DNA of 60,352 nucleotides, counting the filler. It is 7 parts of 7 records of this genome, joined end to end, with 100 filler letters (N's around TTAATTAATTAA, not from the genome) between each part and the next. Parts side by side here need not be neighbours in the genome. Positions count along the whole stretch, not along the records: positions 49,713 to 60,352 come from SRR31156797_36291; 6 more parts are not named here. One strand, written 5' to 3'. Under the pieces are notes generated by a model. The model had not been told where the DNA came from. It saw nothing but the letters and a program-made list of their open reading frames with translations, and did no database searches. Position 1 is the stretch's first letter. Each line of letters opens with the position of its first letter. This document shows positions 49,613 through 60,352 of the stretch, piece by piece. The position numbers and the translations under genes were made by a program.

Positions 49613-49712
49613 NNNNNNNNNNNNNNNNNNNNNNNNNNNNNNNNNNNNNNNNNNNNTTAATTAATTAANNNNNNNNNNNNNNNNNNNNNNNNNNNNNNNN
49701 NNNNNNNNNNNN
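49613..49712. other. Artificial contig linker
   Basis: N-run + TTAATTAATTAA + N-run. Confidence 0.99.
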
Positions 49713-49809
49713 GCGGACCATATTTTAAAAATGGAATCCATTCATTGTGATTTACCGCTATCTGACATTTATTGGGATATTGAGTTCAAATTATAGAGGA
49801 GGCAAGCCA

Positions 49810-50976
49810 TTGAAGAAATATTATGTTGTCTCCTTTGCACTGATTGGCGTTCTCTTCTGGCTGTATACCACAAAAAACAACGAGATTGTCGGCGAACAGA
49901 TCGTTTTGGGGCAAAGCTGTGCACTCACAGGTCCGGCAGCCCAGCTTGGCCAGCAAATGATGAAAGGGGCAACTGCCTGTTTTTCATTTATTAACAGTCA
50001 AGGCGGCGTACATGGCCGAACCATCCGCTTGATTACCCACGATGATTATTACGAGCCGGATTATGCCAGGAAAAACACCATTGAACTGATCACCCGGCAA
50101 CATGTTTTCGCCATGTTTGGTCAGGTGGGAACGCCCAATTCCAAGGCAGCGATACCGGTGGCACAAAAATATAATGTTCCTTTCCTTATGCCTTTTACCG
50201 GCGCTGAATTTCTACGAAACCCGCCCAGTCCACTGATTGTCAACCTGCGCAACAGCTATTATGCTGAAACAGAAGCGCTGGTGGAATATTTAAGGTTAAC
50301 GTATCATATCGACAAAATTGCTGTTTTCTACCAAAATGACAGTTATGGTAAAGCTGGCCGCGAAGGTGTAAGACGAGCACTGGAAAAGCGCGGCCTGAGA
50401 ATTGCGGCCGAAGGCCGCTACCGAAGGAACACCTTGTCCTATCGCAACGCCCTGCAAACCATCAAACTATCAGAATCCGAGGCGGTGATCATGATTGGCG
50501 CATATAAACCGTGTGCCGAGTTTATCAAATCGGCAAAAAAAATTGGCATGGGCCATACCGTATTTTGTAATCTTTCGTTTGTTGGCAGTGATGATCTGAT
50601 CCAGGCGCTTGAGGAACAAACTGATAATGTTTTGATTTCACAGGTCGTACCGCTTCCGTGGGACAATAAAAATGTGGCTGCCCAAGAGTATCGCAACATT
50701 TATAAAGCGTATTATCCCGACGATCTTTACGGTTTTGTTTCATTTGAAGGATTCCTTGCCGCCAAACTGGTTGTCAAGGCCTTGGAAAAGGCGGGCAAGG
50801 ACCTTACCCGGAAAAATTTCATGGAGGCCTTTGAACAGCTTGACAAGACTGTGTTAAAGGGTTTTAAAATAACGATAACACCCGATGACAGGCAGGCATT
50901 GGAAAGGGTTTTCATTACGGATTACCACGATGGAAAGTTTCGAAAACTTCAAGATGTGTGGGTGACCAATGATTAA
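49810..50976 (+). CDS. Type I periplasmic (LivJ-like) ligand-binding protein
   Basis: LGQSCALTGPAA.LG, GGVHGR, DDYYEP, VGTP, YQNDSYG; GAGGAGG RBS before TTG 49810. Confidence 0.88.
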   Translation: MKKYYVVSFALIGVLFWLYTTKNNEIVGEQIVLGQSCALTGPAAQLGQQMMKGATACFSFINSQGGVHGRTIRLITHDDYYEPDYARKNTIELITRQHVFAMFGQVGTPNSKAAIPVAQKYNVPFLMPFTGAEFLRNPPSPLIVNLRNSYYAETEALVEYLRLTYHIDKIAVFYQNDSYGKAGREGVRRALEKRGLRIAAEGRYRRNTLSYRNALQTIKLSESEAVIMIGAYKPCAEFIKSAKKIGMGHTVFCNLSFVGSDDLIQALEEQTDNVLISQVVPLPWDNKNVAAQEYRNIYKAYYPDDLYGFVSFEGFLAAKLVVKALEKAGKDLTRKNFMEAFEQLDKTVLKGFKITITPDDRQALERVFITDYHDGKFRKLQDVWVTND

Positions 50977-53900
50977 TCGTGTACTACCATACCTTCGATC
51001 GTTAGACGTATCTGTCCAAAGCCGCTTCCTTGTTGTTGTGATCACGATTTTAATTCTTTCTTCTGCCGCAGGATTGGGGGGATATGTAATATTTTCGAAA
51101 AACCTATTCCAGGATATGTATGACCTGCATGTGAATCCGATCCTGCACCTGAATGAAATGAAAAATATCTACACCATCAACACCCTTGATACTATTGATG
51201 AGATGCTCAGTGGCCATGTTTCTCCGGATGATGCAAAGGATATCCTTGAGCTTGCCCAAAACCTGGTAAAAAAAGAGTGGCAGGCATATAGTTTCATTTC
51301 TGAATCTAAAAATCATCATCACGACCTGTTTAACCATGCTGCAAAAAAGCATTTCCTTGACGAAGGACAGAATACTTTTGAAACGATTCAACAACGGATA
51401 AACGAGTTGATGGATGCCATAGAAACTGACAACAGGGCAGCGATACCGGATCTGCTTTCCCAGCAGATCCGGCCGGTTATCATCAATGCCATCGACATCC
51501 TGAATGACATGATTGAATTTGAGGCAGCCGGTATCGAATACAGCACTGACTTTATGCAGCAGCATTTTAACCACCTGCTTTTTATTGTATTACCCATTTT
51601 TGTTCTTGGTTTTGCACTGATTTTTATTTTTGTCAGGTTTATCCTGTCCAATATCAGAGGCATTACTCAACAGCTCAGTCACTCACAGCAGGCACTTTCA
51701 AAAGCAAACCTGCTGCTGGAACATCGGGTTGAAAAACGGACATATGAAATTCAAAAAGCCAAGGAGCAGTTTGAATCCCTGGTTGAGAATATGGGGGATA
51801 GTTTTGTTGTTTTCCGGTATGATCCCAATGGCATCGTCTTTTATATCAACAGTTCAGTAAAATCCGTGTTTGGCATTTCACGCGAGAAGATTCTCGGCAC
51901 TGACTGGTCAAAAGCCATTAAATGGAGCCGGGATTCACTGGAACGTTCCCAAAAGAGTGTAATGAAACTTCTAACCAAAAAAACAGCCTTTGTCCAAAGC
52001 GAACTTTCGTTTATTCATCCGGACGGCCAAGAAAGGTTTATACGAACTTCGGACCATGTTGTATGTGACAACAAGGATCAAGTTGTATCCATTGACGGAT
52101 TTCTTGAAGACATCACCTTGAGCAGACGAACACAAATGGAAAAAAGACAGAGTGAAGAGGCCCTGTTGGTTGCAAACCAGAACCTGACCCGGTCTGTTGC
52201 GCTGGCCGAGGAAATGGCCGAAAAAGCCGAATCAGCCAATAAAGCCAAAAGTGAATTTCTGGCCAATATGAGCCACGAAATCCGAACGCCTATGAATGCC
52301 ATCATCGGGATGTCCAGCCTGACTATGCAGATGGATCTGGAAAAAAAGACACGCAATTACGTTTCCAAGGTGCACCGGTCGGCAGAGTCGTTGCTGGGCA
52401 TCCTCAACGACATCCTCGATTTTTCCAAAATTGAGTCGGGAAAAATGGATCTGGAAAACATCAATTTTCGCCTGGAGGATGTGATGCTAAACCTGTTGAA
52501 TATCATCGGTATCAAGGCTGGCAAGAAGGGGCTGGAAATGATGTATAATATCACGCCCAAAACTCCTACGGCGTTAATAGGCGACCCCATGAGGCTGGGA
52601 CAAGTCCTGTTGAATTTGTGTAATAATGCGGTTAAATTTACAGACAGGGGGGGAGATATTATTGTTTCGGTTTCCATGGAGGAAAACAATGACAAAGGCA
52701 ATCAGATCAGACTACGATTTTCAGTGAAAGATTCCGGTATCGGGATAAGCGAAAAAGAGCAGAAAACTCTGTTTCAGCCATTCAGCCAGGCCGACACCTC
52801 CGTCACCCGGAAATACGGCGGAACAGGTTTGGGACTATCCATTTCCAGGCAACTGGCCCGGATGATGGGGGGCAGGATGTGGGTTGAAAGTGAGCCCGGG
52901 GCCGGGAGCACCTTTTATTTCACGGTACTGTTAGGCAAACAGGAAGAACAGCCGGCGTCTTTCCGTATTGAAGACCAGGGACTTACATCTTTGCACGTTC
53001 TGATTGTCGATGACAACGATACCTGCCGTGAAATACTGACCCAGCAGCTTTGCAGTTACAACGTGACTTGTGATCAGGCTCCCTCAGGAGACGCTGCGTT
53101 GACGATGTTGAAACAAATGGATGACCATGATGCCTATGACCTGGTGTTGATGGACTGGCGTATGCCCGGGTTGGATGGTATTGAGACAGCTAAGTTGATT
53201 CAAAACGAGACAGGGCTTAGCCATATTCCGACGATCATTATGATTTCGGCCTACGACCGCCTTCAAATCCATAACGCAGTCAAAAATCTTAAATTGGCTG
53301 ATTTTCTTGCAAAACCCATCACGCCTTCCAAGCTGCATAATGCGGTCCTAAAAGCTATGGGCTACAAAGCCCTTGAATCAGATCAAAGCGCCAACAGCCC
53401 TGAAAAGGTGACAGATGCTATTGATAAACTGCGCGGTGCCAGGGTACTTCTGGTAGAAGACAATGAAATAAACCAGGAACTGGCCATGGAACTTTTAATG
53501 AATAACGGCATCCGGGTAGATTGTGCCTTTGACGGGCAGCAGGCTCTGGAAAGACTTGGCCGGAACCACTATGACGGCATTTTAATGGACTGCCAGATGC
53601 CGATAATGGACGGCTATACCGCCACCGAAAAAATACGGCAGAACCCAAAATTTAATAAGTTGCCAATTATCGCCATGACTGCCCATGCCATGGTTGGAGA
53701 CCGTCAAAAGAGCCTTGATGCCGGCATGAATGATTATATTTCCAAACCGCTCAACGTGAACAGGATGTTTATGACCATGGCCCAATGGATAGTCCCCATT
53801 GAACCAACCAAAGGAAGCGCTATGAATCCCTCCAACAAGGTTGCAGAGCCGGGCCTGCCAAATATTGCCGGCATCGATATAAAAGTGGGTTTAAAGGTAA

Positions 53901-54466
53901 CCCAAAACAATGTCAAACTGTACCGTAAGCTGCTTTTAAAATTCTTATACACACACACAGATTTCGCCAAAACCTTTAAAAATGCCTTGGAAAGCGATAA
54001 TCCCCAGGCCGCGAAAATCGCCGCTCACACCTTGAAGGGAGTGGCCGCAAACCTTGGGATGATGGATGTGCGCACCTGCGCATCTGCTCTGGAAAAGGCC
54101 GTCGAGGAGGCTGCGGAGAATGTGGATACCTTGCTTGGTGAAGTTTCGGCCAAATTAAAACCCGTACTGGCCGGGCTGCAGACCCTGCAGGAAGGTTCCT
54201 TTGTCGAACAAACAAATGCGGATGATATCGTTGAGTTCAATCGTATTGAACCCCTGCTGGATGAGCTTGGAACCAGCCTGGATGAAAATGACACCAAATC
54301 AATTGAGCTGGCCAAAAAACTAATTCCTTTTTTTCGGGACACAAAGCATGAAGTAGCCTTTGAACAAATAATGCAGTCGATTAATGATTATGACTTTGAG
54401 CAGGCTGAAAACGATCTGAAAGAACTTGCATCCTTCATTCAGCTACCATCAGGACTTGTGCCTTAA
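50969..54466 (+). CDS. Hybrid histidine kinase: 4-helix sensor, PAS, HisKA, HATPase, 2 REC, Hpt
   Basis: [48 protein letters not shown]. Confidence 0.94.
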   Translation: MINRVLPYLRSLDVSVQSRFLVVVITILILSSAAGLGGYVIFSKNLFQDMYDLHVNPILHLNEMKNIYTINTLDTIDEMLSGHVSPDDAKDILELAQNLVKKEWQAYSFISESKNHHHDLFNHAAKKHFLDEGQNTFETIQQRINELMDAIETDNRAAIPDLLSQQIRPVIINAIDILNDMIEFEAAGIEYSTDFMQQHFNHLLFIVLPIFVLGFALIFIFVRFILSNIRGITQQLSHSQQALSKANLLLEHRVEKRTYEIQKAKEQFESLVENMGDSFVVFRYDPNGIVFYINSSVKSVFGISREKILGTDWSKAIKWSRDSLERSQKSVMKLLTKKTAFVQSELSFIHPDGQERFIRTSDHVVCDNKDQVVSIDGFLEDITLSRRTQMEKRQSEEALLVANQNLTRSVALAEEMAEKAESANKAKSEFLANMSHEIRTPMNAIIGMSSLTMQMDLEKKTRNYVSKVHRSAESLLGILNDILDFSKIESGKMDLENINFRLEDVMLNLLNIIGIKAGKKGLEMMYNITPKTPTALIGDPMRLGQVLLNLCNNAVKFTDRGGDIIVSVSMEENNDKGNQIRLRFSVKDSGIGISEKEQKTLFQPFSQADTSVTRKYGGTGLGLSISRQLARMMGGRMWVESEPGAGSTFYFTVLLGKQEEQPASFRIEDQGLTSLHVLIVDDNDTCREILTQQLCSYNVTCDQAPSGDAALTMLKQMDDHDAYDLVLMDWRMPGLDGIETAKLIQNETGLSHIPTIIMISAYDRLQIHNAVKNLKLADFLAKPITPSKLHNAVLKAMGYKALESDQSANSPEKVTDAIDKLRGARVLLVEDNEINQELAMELLMNNGIRVDCAFDGQQALERLGRNHYDGILMDCQMPIMDGYTATEKIRQNPKFNKLPIIAMTAHAMVGDRQKSLDAGMNDYISKPLNVNRMFMTMAQWIVPIEPTKGSAMNPSNKVAEPGLPNIAGIDIKVGLKVTQNNVKLYRKLLLKFLYTHTDFAKTFKNALESDNPQAAKIAAHTLKGVAANLGMMDVRTCASALEKAVEEAAENVDTLLGEVSAKLKPVLAGLQTLQEGSFVEQTNADDIVEFNRIEPLLDELGTSLDENDTKSIELAKKLIPFFRDTKHEVAFEQIMQSINDYDFEQAENDLKELASFIQLPSGLVP

Positions 54467-54474
54467 TGCCTTTT

Positions 54475-57024
54475 TTACTTGGCTGAAATCCATTTTGCCA
54501 TGGTTATATACATCTCATTCGGATCAATGGGTTTAGCAATATGATCGTTCATTCCGGCATCCAAGGCCTTTTCCCGGTCACCCACCATTGCATTTGCAGT
54601 CATGGCAATGATGGGTAATCCTTTAAGATTTTTCTGTTCGCGTATTTTTCGGGTCGCCTCATATCCGTCCATGACCGGCATCTGACAGTCCATCAGCACA
54701 CCATCAACATTTTGATCCGCCAAAAAGTTAAGTGCTTCCCGGCCATCATTCGCCGTTTCAACCACAATATTATTCTGGGCTAAAAGTTCCACAGTCAGTT
54801 CTTGGTTGATGTCATTATCCTCGACAAGTAGAATTCTGCTGCCGGCGATTTTTGTCAGTGCCTGGCGAACTCTACCTTGGTTTATTGCAGCAGATGAGTC
54901 TATTTTATCCAAATGCTCAACTTGCTTGCCAAGACGGAGCGCAAAGTAAAAAGTACTGCCGACATCCTTTACACTCTCCATCCAAATGCGACCATCCATC
55001 AGTTGAACGATTTTCTTTGAGATCATTAGGCCAAGCCCGGTTCCGCCATATTGACGGGTCGTCGAGCCATCGGCCTGGGTGAATGGCTGGAATAATTTTT
55101 TTTGTTGTTCGGGAGACATACCAATGCCTGTATCCTGAACTGAAAATTGCAAAACAGCGGTTGATTCGTCTTCTTCCGTCATGGTTATTTTAAGACAGAC
55201 CATGCCCCCTTCATTGCTGAATTTCACAGCATTGCCACCAAGGTTGATCAATATCTGGCTTATTCGATGGGGGTCACCAACCAAGGCTCTTGGGACATCA
55301 CGATCAACTTTTACCACAACTGGAACACCCTTTTTTCGGGCGCTTAAATTGATCGTGTTAACCATGTTGTCGATGACCTCTTTGAGCTGAAAATCGGAAT
55401 TTTCCATTTCCAACTTTCCGGCATCAATTTTTGAGAAATCAAGGATGTCATTGAGAATGACAAGGAGGCTTCCTGCTGAGCAGTGTGCCTTTTCAATATA
55501 ATTTTTTTGTTTATTATCAAGATCTGTCTGCAGGGCCAGATGCATCATACCAAGGATGGCGTTCATGGGTGTCCGGATCTCATGGCTCATGTTGGCCAGG
55601 AATTCGGATTTAGCCTGGTTGGCGGCTTCGGCTTCGAATTTGGCTATCTGCAGTTCCGTATTGGCGGTTTCAAGATCAATCGTCCTTTCACTGACACGCG
55701 TTTCGAGTTCATCATGGGCTTGCTGCAAGGCAGTCAGCAAATCTTGTTTTTCATTGATGGATCTGCCGATGGAATGAATCATTTTATTCAGTATTTTTCC
55801 CAATGCCTTGGTTTCCCTTGTCCCGGTAATGGGGATGTCAGCGGATGATATTCCGCCCTTTTCAATGCCTTCAGCGGAAACCATCAGTTTTCTTAAGGGA
55901 TTTGTCAGGGTTTTTGAAAGAAGTACGGATAAAATAATGGAGAATGCAAGAAAGATGATTGACAGGTAGATAATAGTTTTTACCAGGACCCGGGCTGCAC
56001 TTTCGATTTCATCCACATAAACGGAGCTTGCAATATACCAGTCAAGGGGTTGAAAGTATTCAATATAGGCCCGTTTTAAAAATTTGAATTCCCCTTTATG
56101 CCCCGGCTTTTCCCAGATATATTCATAAACCTTTTCAGGCGTTTTGGAAGCCGTTATAAAATATTTAAGTAGGGGATTTCCTGTGGCGGGATTAATGAGG
56201 AGGCCACCGTCAGTTCCGGTAAGGGAAGGGTGGACAAGCATTTCATTGTCGCCGTTGAAAATAAACATGTAGCCGGTTTTGGCCAGGTGGACCTTTGAAA
56301 ATGTCTGCTGGAGTTCTGAGACAATAGCATCCAGCCGTTTTTGGGCGTCCAGTTCAATATCTTCAATATAAACCCCGGTTCCGATCACCCAACCCCATGG
56401 TTTGAAAAGTGAGGCATAAGAAATTTTGGGCTGATATTCCGTAAGGCCACTTTCGGTGGGTTTGGGCCACAGGTAATCGACATATCCCTGCCCCTGGGCA
56501 AGACAGATATCCACAAATGCCTGGAAAAGGTTCTGTCCAATACCCAGGGCGCAGTTGAATTTTGGATCGTCAAGAATGGTGTTATCCAGTTCAGGAATCG
56601 TCGGATGCATGATCATTTTGGGTATCGGTTGTCCAGTGTCATTAATCCACAGGTAACCCACTCCCTTGTCATATCTCATGTTCCGGATAATGGCGATGGC
56701 TTCCTTTTTCGCCTCATCCTGGGTCAAAATGCCTTGGTTGACCTTATCGTTGAGGTAATGGATCGCAACAATAGCCATATTGACAACATTTTTTCTTTCG
56801 TGTTTCCGTGTTTCAAGTAGACTCTTTTTATGAAAAAGCAGACTGTCGTATTCATTTTCGACATTCAGCACAACCGTGTTCAGTATATTTCTTGCGTTTT
56901 CCTCCTGAAGCTCGGACAGGGTTTTTAAGGTTTCTTTCTGCACACAATAGATGATGCCGGTAACAGTTAAGACAACAATAAACACGACTATCATCAGTAT
57001 TCTTGATCGCAAGGATTCTAACAT
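54475..57024 (-). CDS. Hybrid histidine kinase: tandem Cache sensors, HAMP, HisKA, HATPase, REC
   Basis: RY..GYLWIND..MHP..Y.WPKP (sCache_2), second Cache, [17 protein letters not shown]. Confidence 0.94.
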   Translation of the reverse strand: MLESLRSRILMIVVFIVVLTVTGIIYCVQKETLKTLSELQEENARNILNTVVLNVENEYDSLLFHKKSLLETRKHERKNVVNMAIVAIHYLNDKVNQGILTQDEAKKEAIAIIRNMRYDKGVGYLWINDTGQPIPKMIMHPTIPELDNTILDDPKFNCALGIGQNLFQAFVDICLAQGQGYVDYLWPKPTESGLTEYQPKISYASLFKPWGWVIGTGVYIEDIELDAQKRLDAIVSELQQTFSKVHLAKTGYMFIFNGDNEMLVHPSLTGTDGGLLINPATGNPLLKYFITASKTPEKVYEYIWEKPGHKGEFKFLKRAYIEYFQPLDWYIASSVYVDEIESAARVLVKTIIYLSIIFLAFSIILSVLLSKTLTNPLRKLMVSAEGIEKGGISSADIPITGTRETKALGKILNKMIHSIGRSINEKQDLLTALQQAHDELETRVSERTIDLETANTELQIAKFEAEAANQAKSEFLANMSHEIRTPMNAILGMMHLALQTDLDNKQKNYIEKAHCSAGSLLVILNDILDFSKIDAGKLEMENSDFQLKEVIDNMVNTINLSARKKGVPVVVKVDRDVPRALVGDPHRISQILINLGGNAVKFSNEGGMVCLKITMTEEDESTAVLQFSVQDTGIGMSPEQQKKLFQPFTQADGSTTRQYGGTGLGLMISKKIVQLMDGRIWMESVKDVGSTFYFALRLGKQVEHLDKIDSSAAINQGRVRQALTKIAGSRILLVEDNDINQELTVELLAQNNIVVETANDGREALNFLADQNVDGVLMDCQMPVMDGYEATRKIREQKNLKGLPIIAMTANAMVGDREKALDAGMNDHIAKPIDPNEMYITMAKWISAK

Positions 57025-57551
57025 TTATTCTCCGGATAATGTCTAACAAGGACGATATGTGTCACTAATATTATTCTAATACCATTTTTTTCAGTCAGAG
57101 TGCCAGGTATTTTCGACCATTGCATAGATAAAATCAAGATAAGATTTGGCATGGAAATAAGTCCCGGCATGATCAAAGTGCCTAAAATACGAAAATGACC
57201 CGGTTCAGTATTCATGCCTTTTGGCCATGCCTTTAAAGGCTACTCCCAGCCTTTAATAATTATGGTCGGTATCCCCTAAAAAACTAATATAACGGCACAA
57301 GAATTACCGTGAAATAAAATAACTTTTGAAAGATTCTTTTCGTTAGTGTAGACTTTTATACATCGTAAATCGTTTACTTTATTTTTTTCTTAACGATTAA
57401 AGTCGCATTCTGAAGGGTTGCAAAAGATTCAGACCTTCGCAACCACCCGATATATAGCGGTCCGGCCTGTTGGAAATAATATCCCTGCAACAAAACACAA
57501 AGGGAATTTAAAAATAGAAGTCTTTTTCATATGAAAAATCCCGGAGGAAAT

Positions 57552-58478
57552 ATGGACAATAAACCAATCCTTAAAATCGGCTATTTAAATATTGCCGACC
57601 ATCTCATTCTTGGTGTTACGGAAAGAAAGGTATTAAAAAAAGAGGAGATGTTTAAATATCTTCATCTTAAAACCGTACCTTTCATAGACTGGCAGACCCT
57701 GAGCCGTGCATTTTCCAGTGACGAAATCAATGCGGCATTTATGCTGGCACCGCTGGCCATGGACCATTTCAGAAAAGGGGAGGACATAAGACTGGTCCTT
57801 TTAGGCCATCGTAACGGCAGCGTATTGATCACAAACAAAAGCGCAAATATTAAAACCATCCAGGATTTAAAGGGAAAAGACATTTTAATTCCTTTTCATT
57901 TGTCCACGCATAACATACTTTTGCACAAATTGCTGAAAGATCATAACCTGGAAATAGGTATTGGGAAGGATGTTGAAGTTCAGACCGTAGCACCCTCCAA
58001 AATGCCCACCCATGTTGAAATTGACACCGAAGGGTCCATCGGGGGATTTCTGGTGGCAGAACCCTTTGGTTCCAACGTCATTAAAGCCGGATTGGGTGAT
58101 GAATTTGAATTGTCCAAAAATATCTGGCCTGGGCACCCTTGCTGTGTGCTGGTGGTCAAAACCGACATTGTCCGCTATTTTCCCAATGCGATTCAGGAAC
58201 TGACCAACAGCCTTGTCAAATCGGGCAGATTCATAAAAGAGAATACCGAAGAGGCAGCCAGAATAGGCGTCTTTTTCCTGAATCAGGATATAAATGTCGT
58301 AAGAAACATTTTGAGTTCACCAGCGGACCGCATCACAACTGACCACCTCATGCCCCAAATCGAAGATTTTGAGCAGATCCAGAACTATATTATTAATGTA
58401 ACAGGCAATATTTACGAAAAAATAGATTTAAAAAAATTTATCTATACAGGATTTGCCTCGGAAGCCGGAGCAACTTGA
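57552..58478 (+). CDS. CmpA/NrtA/NasS-like solute-binding protein lacking a signal peptide
   Basis: LKIGYL..DHL, FMLAPLAM, GHRNGS, STHN, VAEPF, WPGHPCCV; GGAGG RBS before ATG 57552. Confidence 0.82.
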   Translation: MDNKPILKIGYLNIADHLILGVTERKVLKKEEMFKYLHLKTVPFIDWQTLSRAFSSDEINAAFMLAPLAMDHFRKGEDIRLVLLGHRNGSVLITNKSANIKTIQDLKGKDILIPFHLSTHNILLHKLLKDHNLEIGIGKDVEVQTVAPSKMPTHVEIDTEGSIGGFLVAEPFGSNVIKAGLGDEFELSKNIWPGHPCCVLVVKTDIVRYFPNAIQELTNSLVKSGRFIKENTEEAARIGVFFLNQDINVVRNILSSPADRITTDHLMPQIEDFEQIQNYIINVTGNIYEKIDLKKFIYTGFASEAGAT

Positions 58479-58687
58479 CAACCATTAACCCATCTTTTTG
58501 AACCAAGGACATTAAGCCTATAAAATTATATAGTTATATGTTGTATAGCACTACACTATTGGCAATGCAATATCGTGTCATTTAAAAATGATAGAATTTT
58601 TTATGGTAATGATGTACTTAAAAAGTTCATATTTCACGGATATCACCCGTCGCAAAGTGCTTGATGAAAACACAAGGGGGTAGCACC

Positions 58688-59689
58688 ATGACAGAAAGCG
58701 AAATCACATCAGAGGAAAAAATACATGTCCTGGTGGTGGATGATGAAAAGAGTATCCTGAACCTGGTAAAACGGCTGGTTCTGCAAGAAGGGCATGACTG
58801 TCTTGTTGCTTCAAACGGACTTGAGGCTATCACAGTGATGGAAGAAACAGTCGTAGATGTGGTGATAACTGATATTCTCATGCCTGATATGGACGGCATT
58901 GAACTGACAAGACAGATAAAAGAAAACTACTCAGCAGATGTTATCATGATGACCGGGTACTTTAAAGACTTGTCCTACGAAAATGCCATCACAAAGGGAG
59001 CCAAGGATTTTATTCAAAAACCGTTCAGCACGAAAGAATTTCAGATCCGACTTAATCGGGTGATCAAGGAACGTGAGACCAATCAGGAACTCAAAAAAAG
59101 CCTGAAGCGGATGAATGAAATTGTAGACGGGGTGATAAACAGTCTGTCTTTAACGGTGGATGCAAGAGACCCGTATACGGCCGGCCATCAAAAACGGGTG
59201 GCACAACTTGCCATTGAAATCGCCAAATCCATGGGACTCCCCCAAACGGGGATCTCCAGTATCCGCATGGCCGGGATTTTACATGATTTAGGAAAAATCG
59301 CCATCCCGGCTGAAATCCTGTCAAAACCCAGCACGCTGTCGGACATCGAATTCAGTTTGATAAAAACCCACCCCCAGGTGGGTTACGACATTCTTAAAAA
59401 CATCAATTTCCCCACGCCTGTCGCCCAAATCGTTCATCAGCACCATGAACGCATGGACGGATCAGGCTATCCTTTCGGACTTTCAGGAAATGATATTCTG
59501 CCCGAAGCAAGAATATTAACAGTGGCTGATGTAGTTGAAGCCATGTATTCCCACAGGCCTTACCGGCCGGGACTTGGCATAGACAAGGCATTGGCGGAAA
59601 TCAAAAAAAACAGGGGCAAGTTTTATGATCCGGACGTTGTGGATGCCTGCCTTAAAACAATGGCCGAGGACTTTAAATTTGACGGGTGA
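58688..59689 (+). CDS. REC-HD-GYP cyclic dinucleotide phosphodiesterase
   Basis: VVDDE, ITDILMP; RDPYTAGHQKRV, LHDLGK, HHERMDGSGYP, VADVVEAM..HRPYR. Confidence 0.93.
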   Translation: MTESEITSEEKIHVLVVDDEKSILNLVKRLVLQEGHDCLVASNGLEAITVMEETVVDVVITDILMPDMDGIELTRQIKENYSADVIMMTGYFKDLSYENAITKGAKDFIQKPFSTKEFQIRLNRVIKERETNQELKKSLKRMNEIVDGVINSLSLTVDARDPYTAGHQKRVAQLAIEIAKSMGLPQTGISSIRMAGILHDLGKIAIPAEILSKPSTLSDIEFSLIKTHPQVGYDILKNINFPTPVAQIVHQHHERMDGSGYPFGLSGNDILPEARILTVADVVEAMYSHRPYRPGLGIDKALAEIKKNRGKFYDPDVVDACLKTMAEDFKFDG

Positions 59690-59694
59690 TCCAT

Positions 59695-59730
59695 ATTGGT
59701 GTTTAATTACTGAGTTAATTAAACACCAAT
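59695..59730. terminator. Perfect 15-bp inverted repeat between convergent genes
   Basis: attggtgtttaatta-ctgagt-taattaaacaccaat. Confidence 0.55.
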
Positions 59731-59816
59731 AAGTTATGTATTGATTCTCAGGTGCCCCCCCTTGGAAAACCCAAAGCATTGTCAAAAAATTTTGCCTTTT
59801 CAGACGAAGGTTTACC

Positions 59817-60352
59817 TTATTTTAATTTTGATATCCGTCCTTGCCCCAGATATAGGGGATTAATAAACCGAAGATAAAATTTGATAAACAAGGTTGCCAT
59901 TAACAATCCAGCCACCCGGTAGATCGCCTTAACCATAAGCGCAGGGGATCGCAGTACTTTGAGAATTTTGAAAACCCCCGCCAGTTTAGGCACCATGCTG
60001 CTGATCAACCAGACAGCAACCAAGACGACAATCGCATAGATCGAGATGCTGCTCGACAATACTGAAATGATAAGTGGCGAAAAAAGATAGAGGACAAGGC
60101 CGATAAAAACAAGTAACGGAGCCCACAATAAGGGCATACATTTTAATGCTTTCCCAAATGTGGACTGGGCAACTTCCAACTGATCAAGATAATCTTTCGT
60201 CGGTTCCTTCATCCAGCGGGCGATTGCCAAAAATTTCCATGGACTGCTCAATTTTTTTTCGGCATCTTTTTGTTTGAAATACTGGCAGCCTGATTCGTTC
60301 TTGAATTTTTGTAAATCATCCTGGCTCATTTTATACGCATCAAACATTAGAG
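59817..60352 (-). CDS. 3' part of a membrane protein (5' end outside the window)
   Basis: ORF runs to the window edge; 2-3 hydrophobic segments near the C-terminus. Confidence 0.6.
   Translation of the reverse strand, partial: LMFDAYKMSQDDLQKFKNESGCQYFKQKDAEKKLSSPWKFLAIARWMKEPTKDYLDQLEVAQSTFGKALKCMPLLWAPLLVFIGLVLYLFSPLIISVLSSSISIYAIVVLVAVWLISSMVPKLAGVFKILKVLRSPALMVKAIYRVAGLLMATLFIKFYLRFINPLYLGQGRISKLK

Noticed and set aside
57147-57165. Sigma-54-like TGGCATGG element in the divergent promoter region
   Set aside because: Lacks the -12 GC at the required spacing

Overview
The window is seven unrelated contigs joined by artificial 100-bp N44-TTAATTAATTAA-N44 linkers, and they probably come from several organisms. 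(1) 1-7020, GC-rich: a sigma-54-type REC-EAL / hybrid kinase / REC signalling operon bounded by an identical 30-bp direct repeat. (2) 7121-17051: a RaxST-like sulfotransferase coupled to a 2749-aa DUF4347/cadherin/LamG adhesin. (3) 17152-22907: a lipoprotein, a disrupted Cys/His amidase-like gene missed by the ORF track, an attC-like site, an HDOD-GAF-GGDEF cyclase under a c-di-GMP-I riboswitch, and a partial dppA. (4) 23008-28471, GC-rich and Planctomycete-like: Tat-exported isomerase-like protein, aldo/keto reductase, rpsU, hflX. (5) 28572-35631: MCP, arylsulfatase, HAD hydrolase, di-haem peroxidase, MITE-like repeats. (6) 35732-49612: an exopolysaccharide locus ending in an ATP-grasp ligase, an ATP-grasp::divergent MurF fusion and an M15 Zn-peptidase. 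This is the best candidate for an undescribed system (peptide-decorated or peptide-crosslinked surface polysaccharide). (7) 49713-60352: solute-binding proteins, two hybrid kinases and a REC-HD-GYP protein. All family assignments come from motif recognition by eye; no searches were run.
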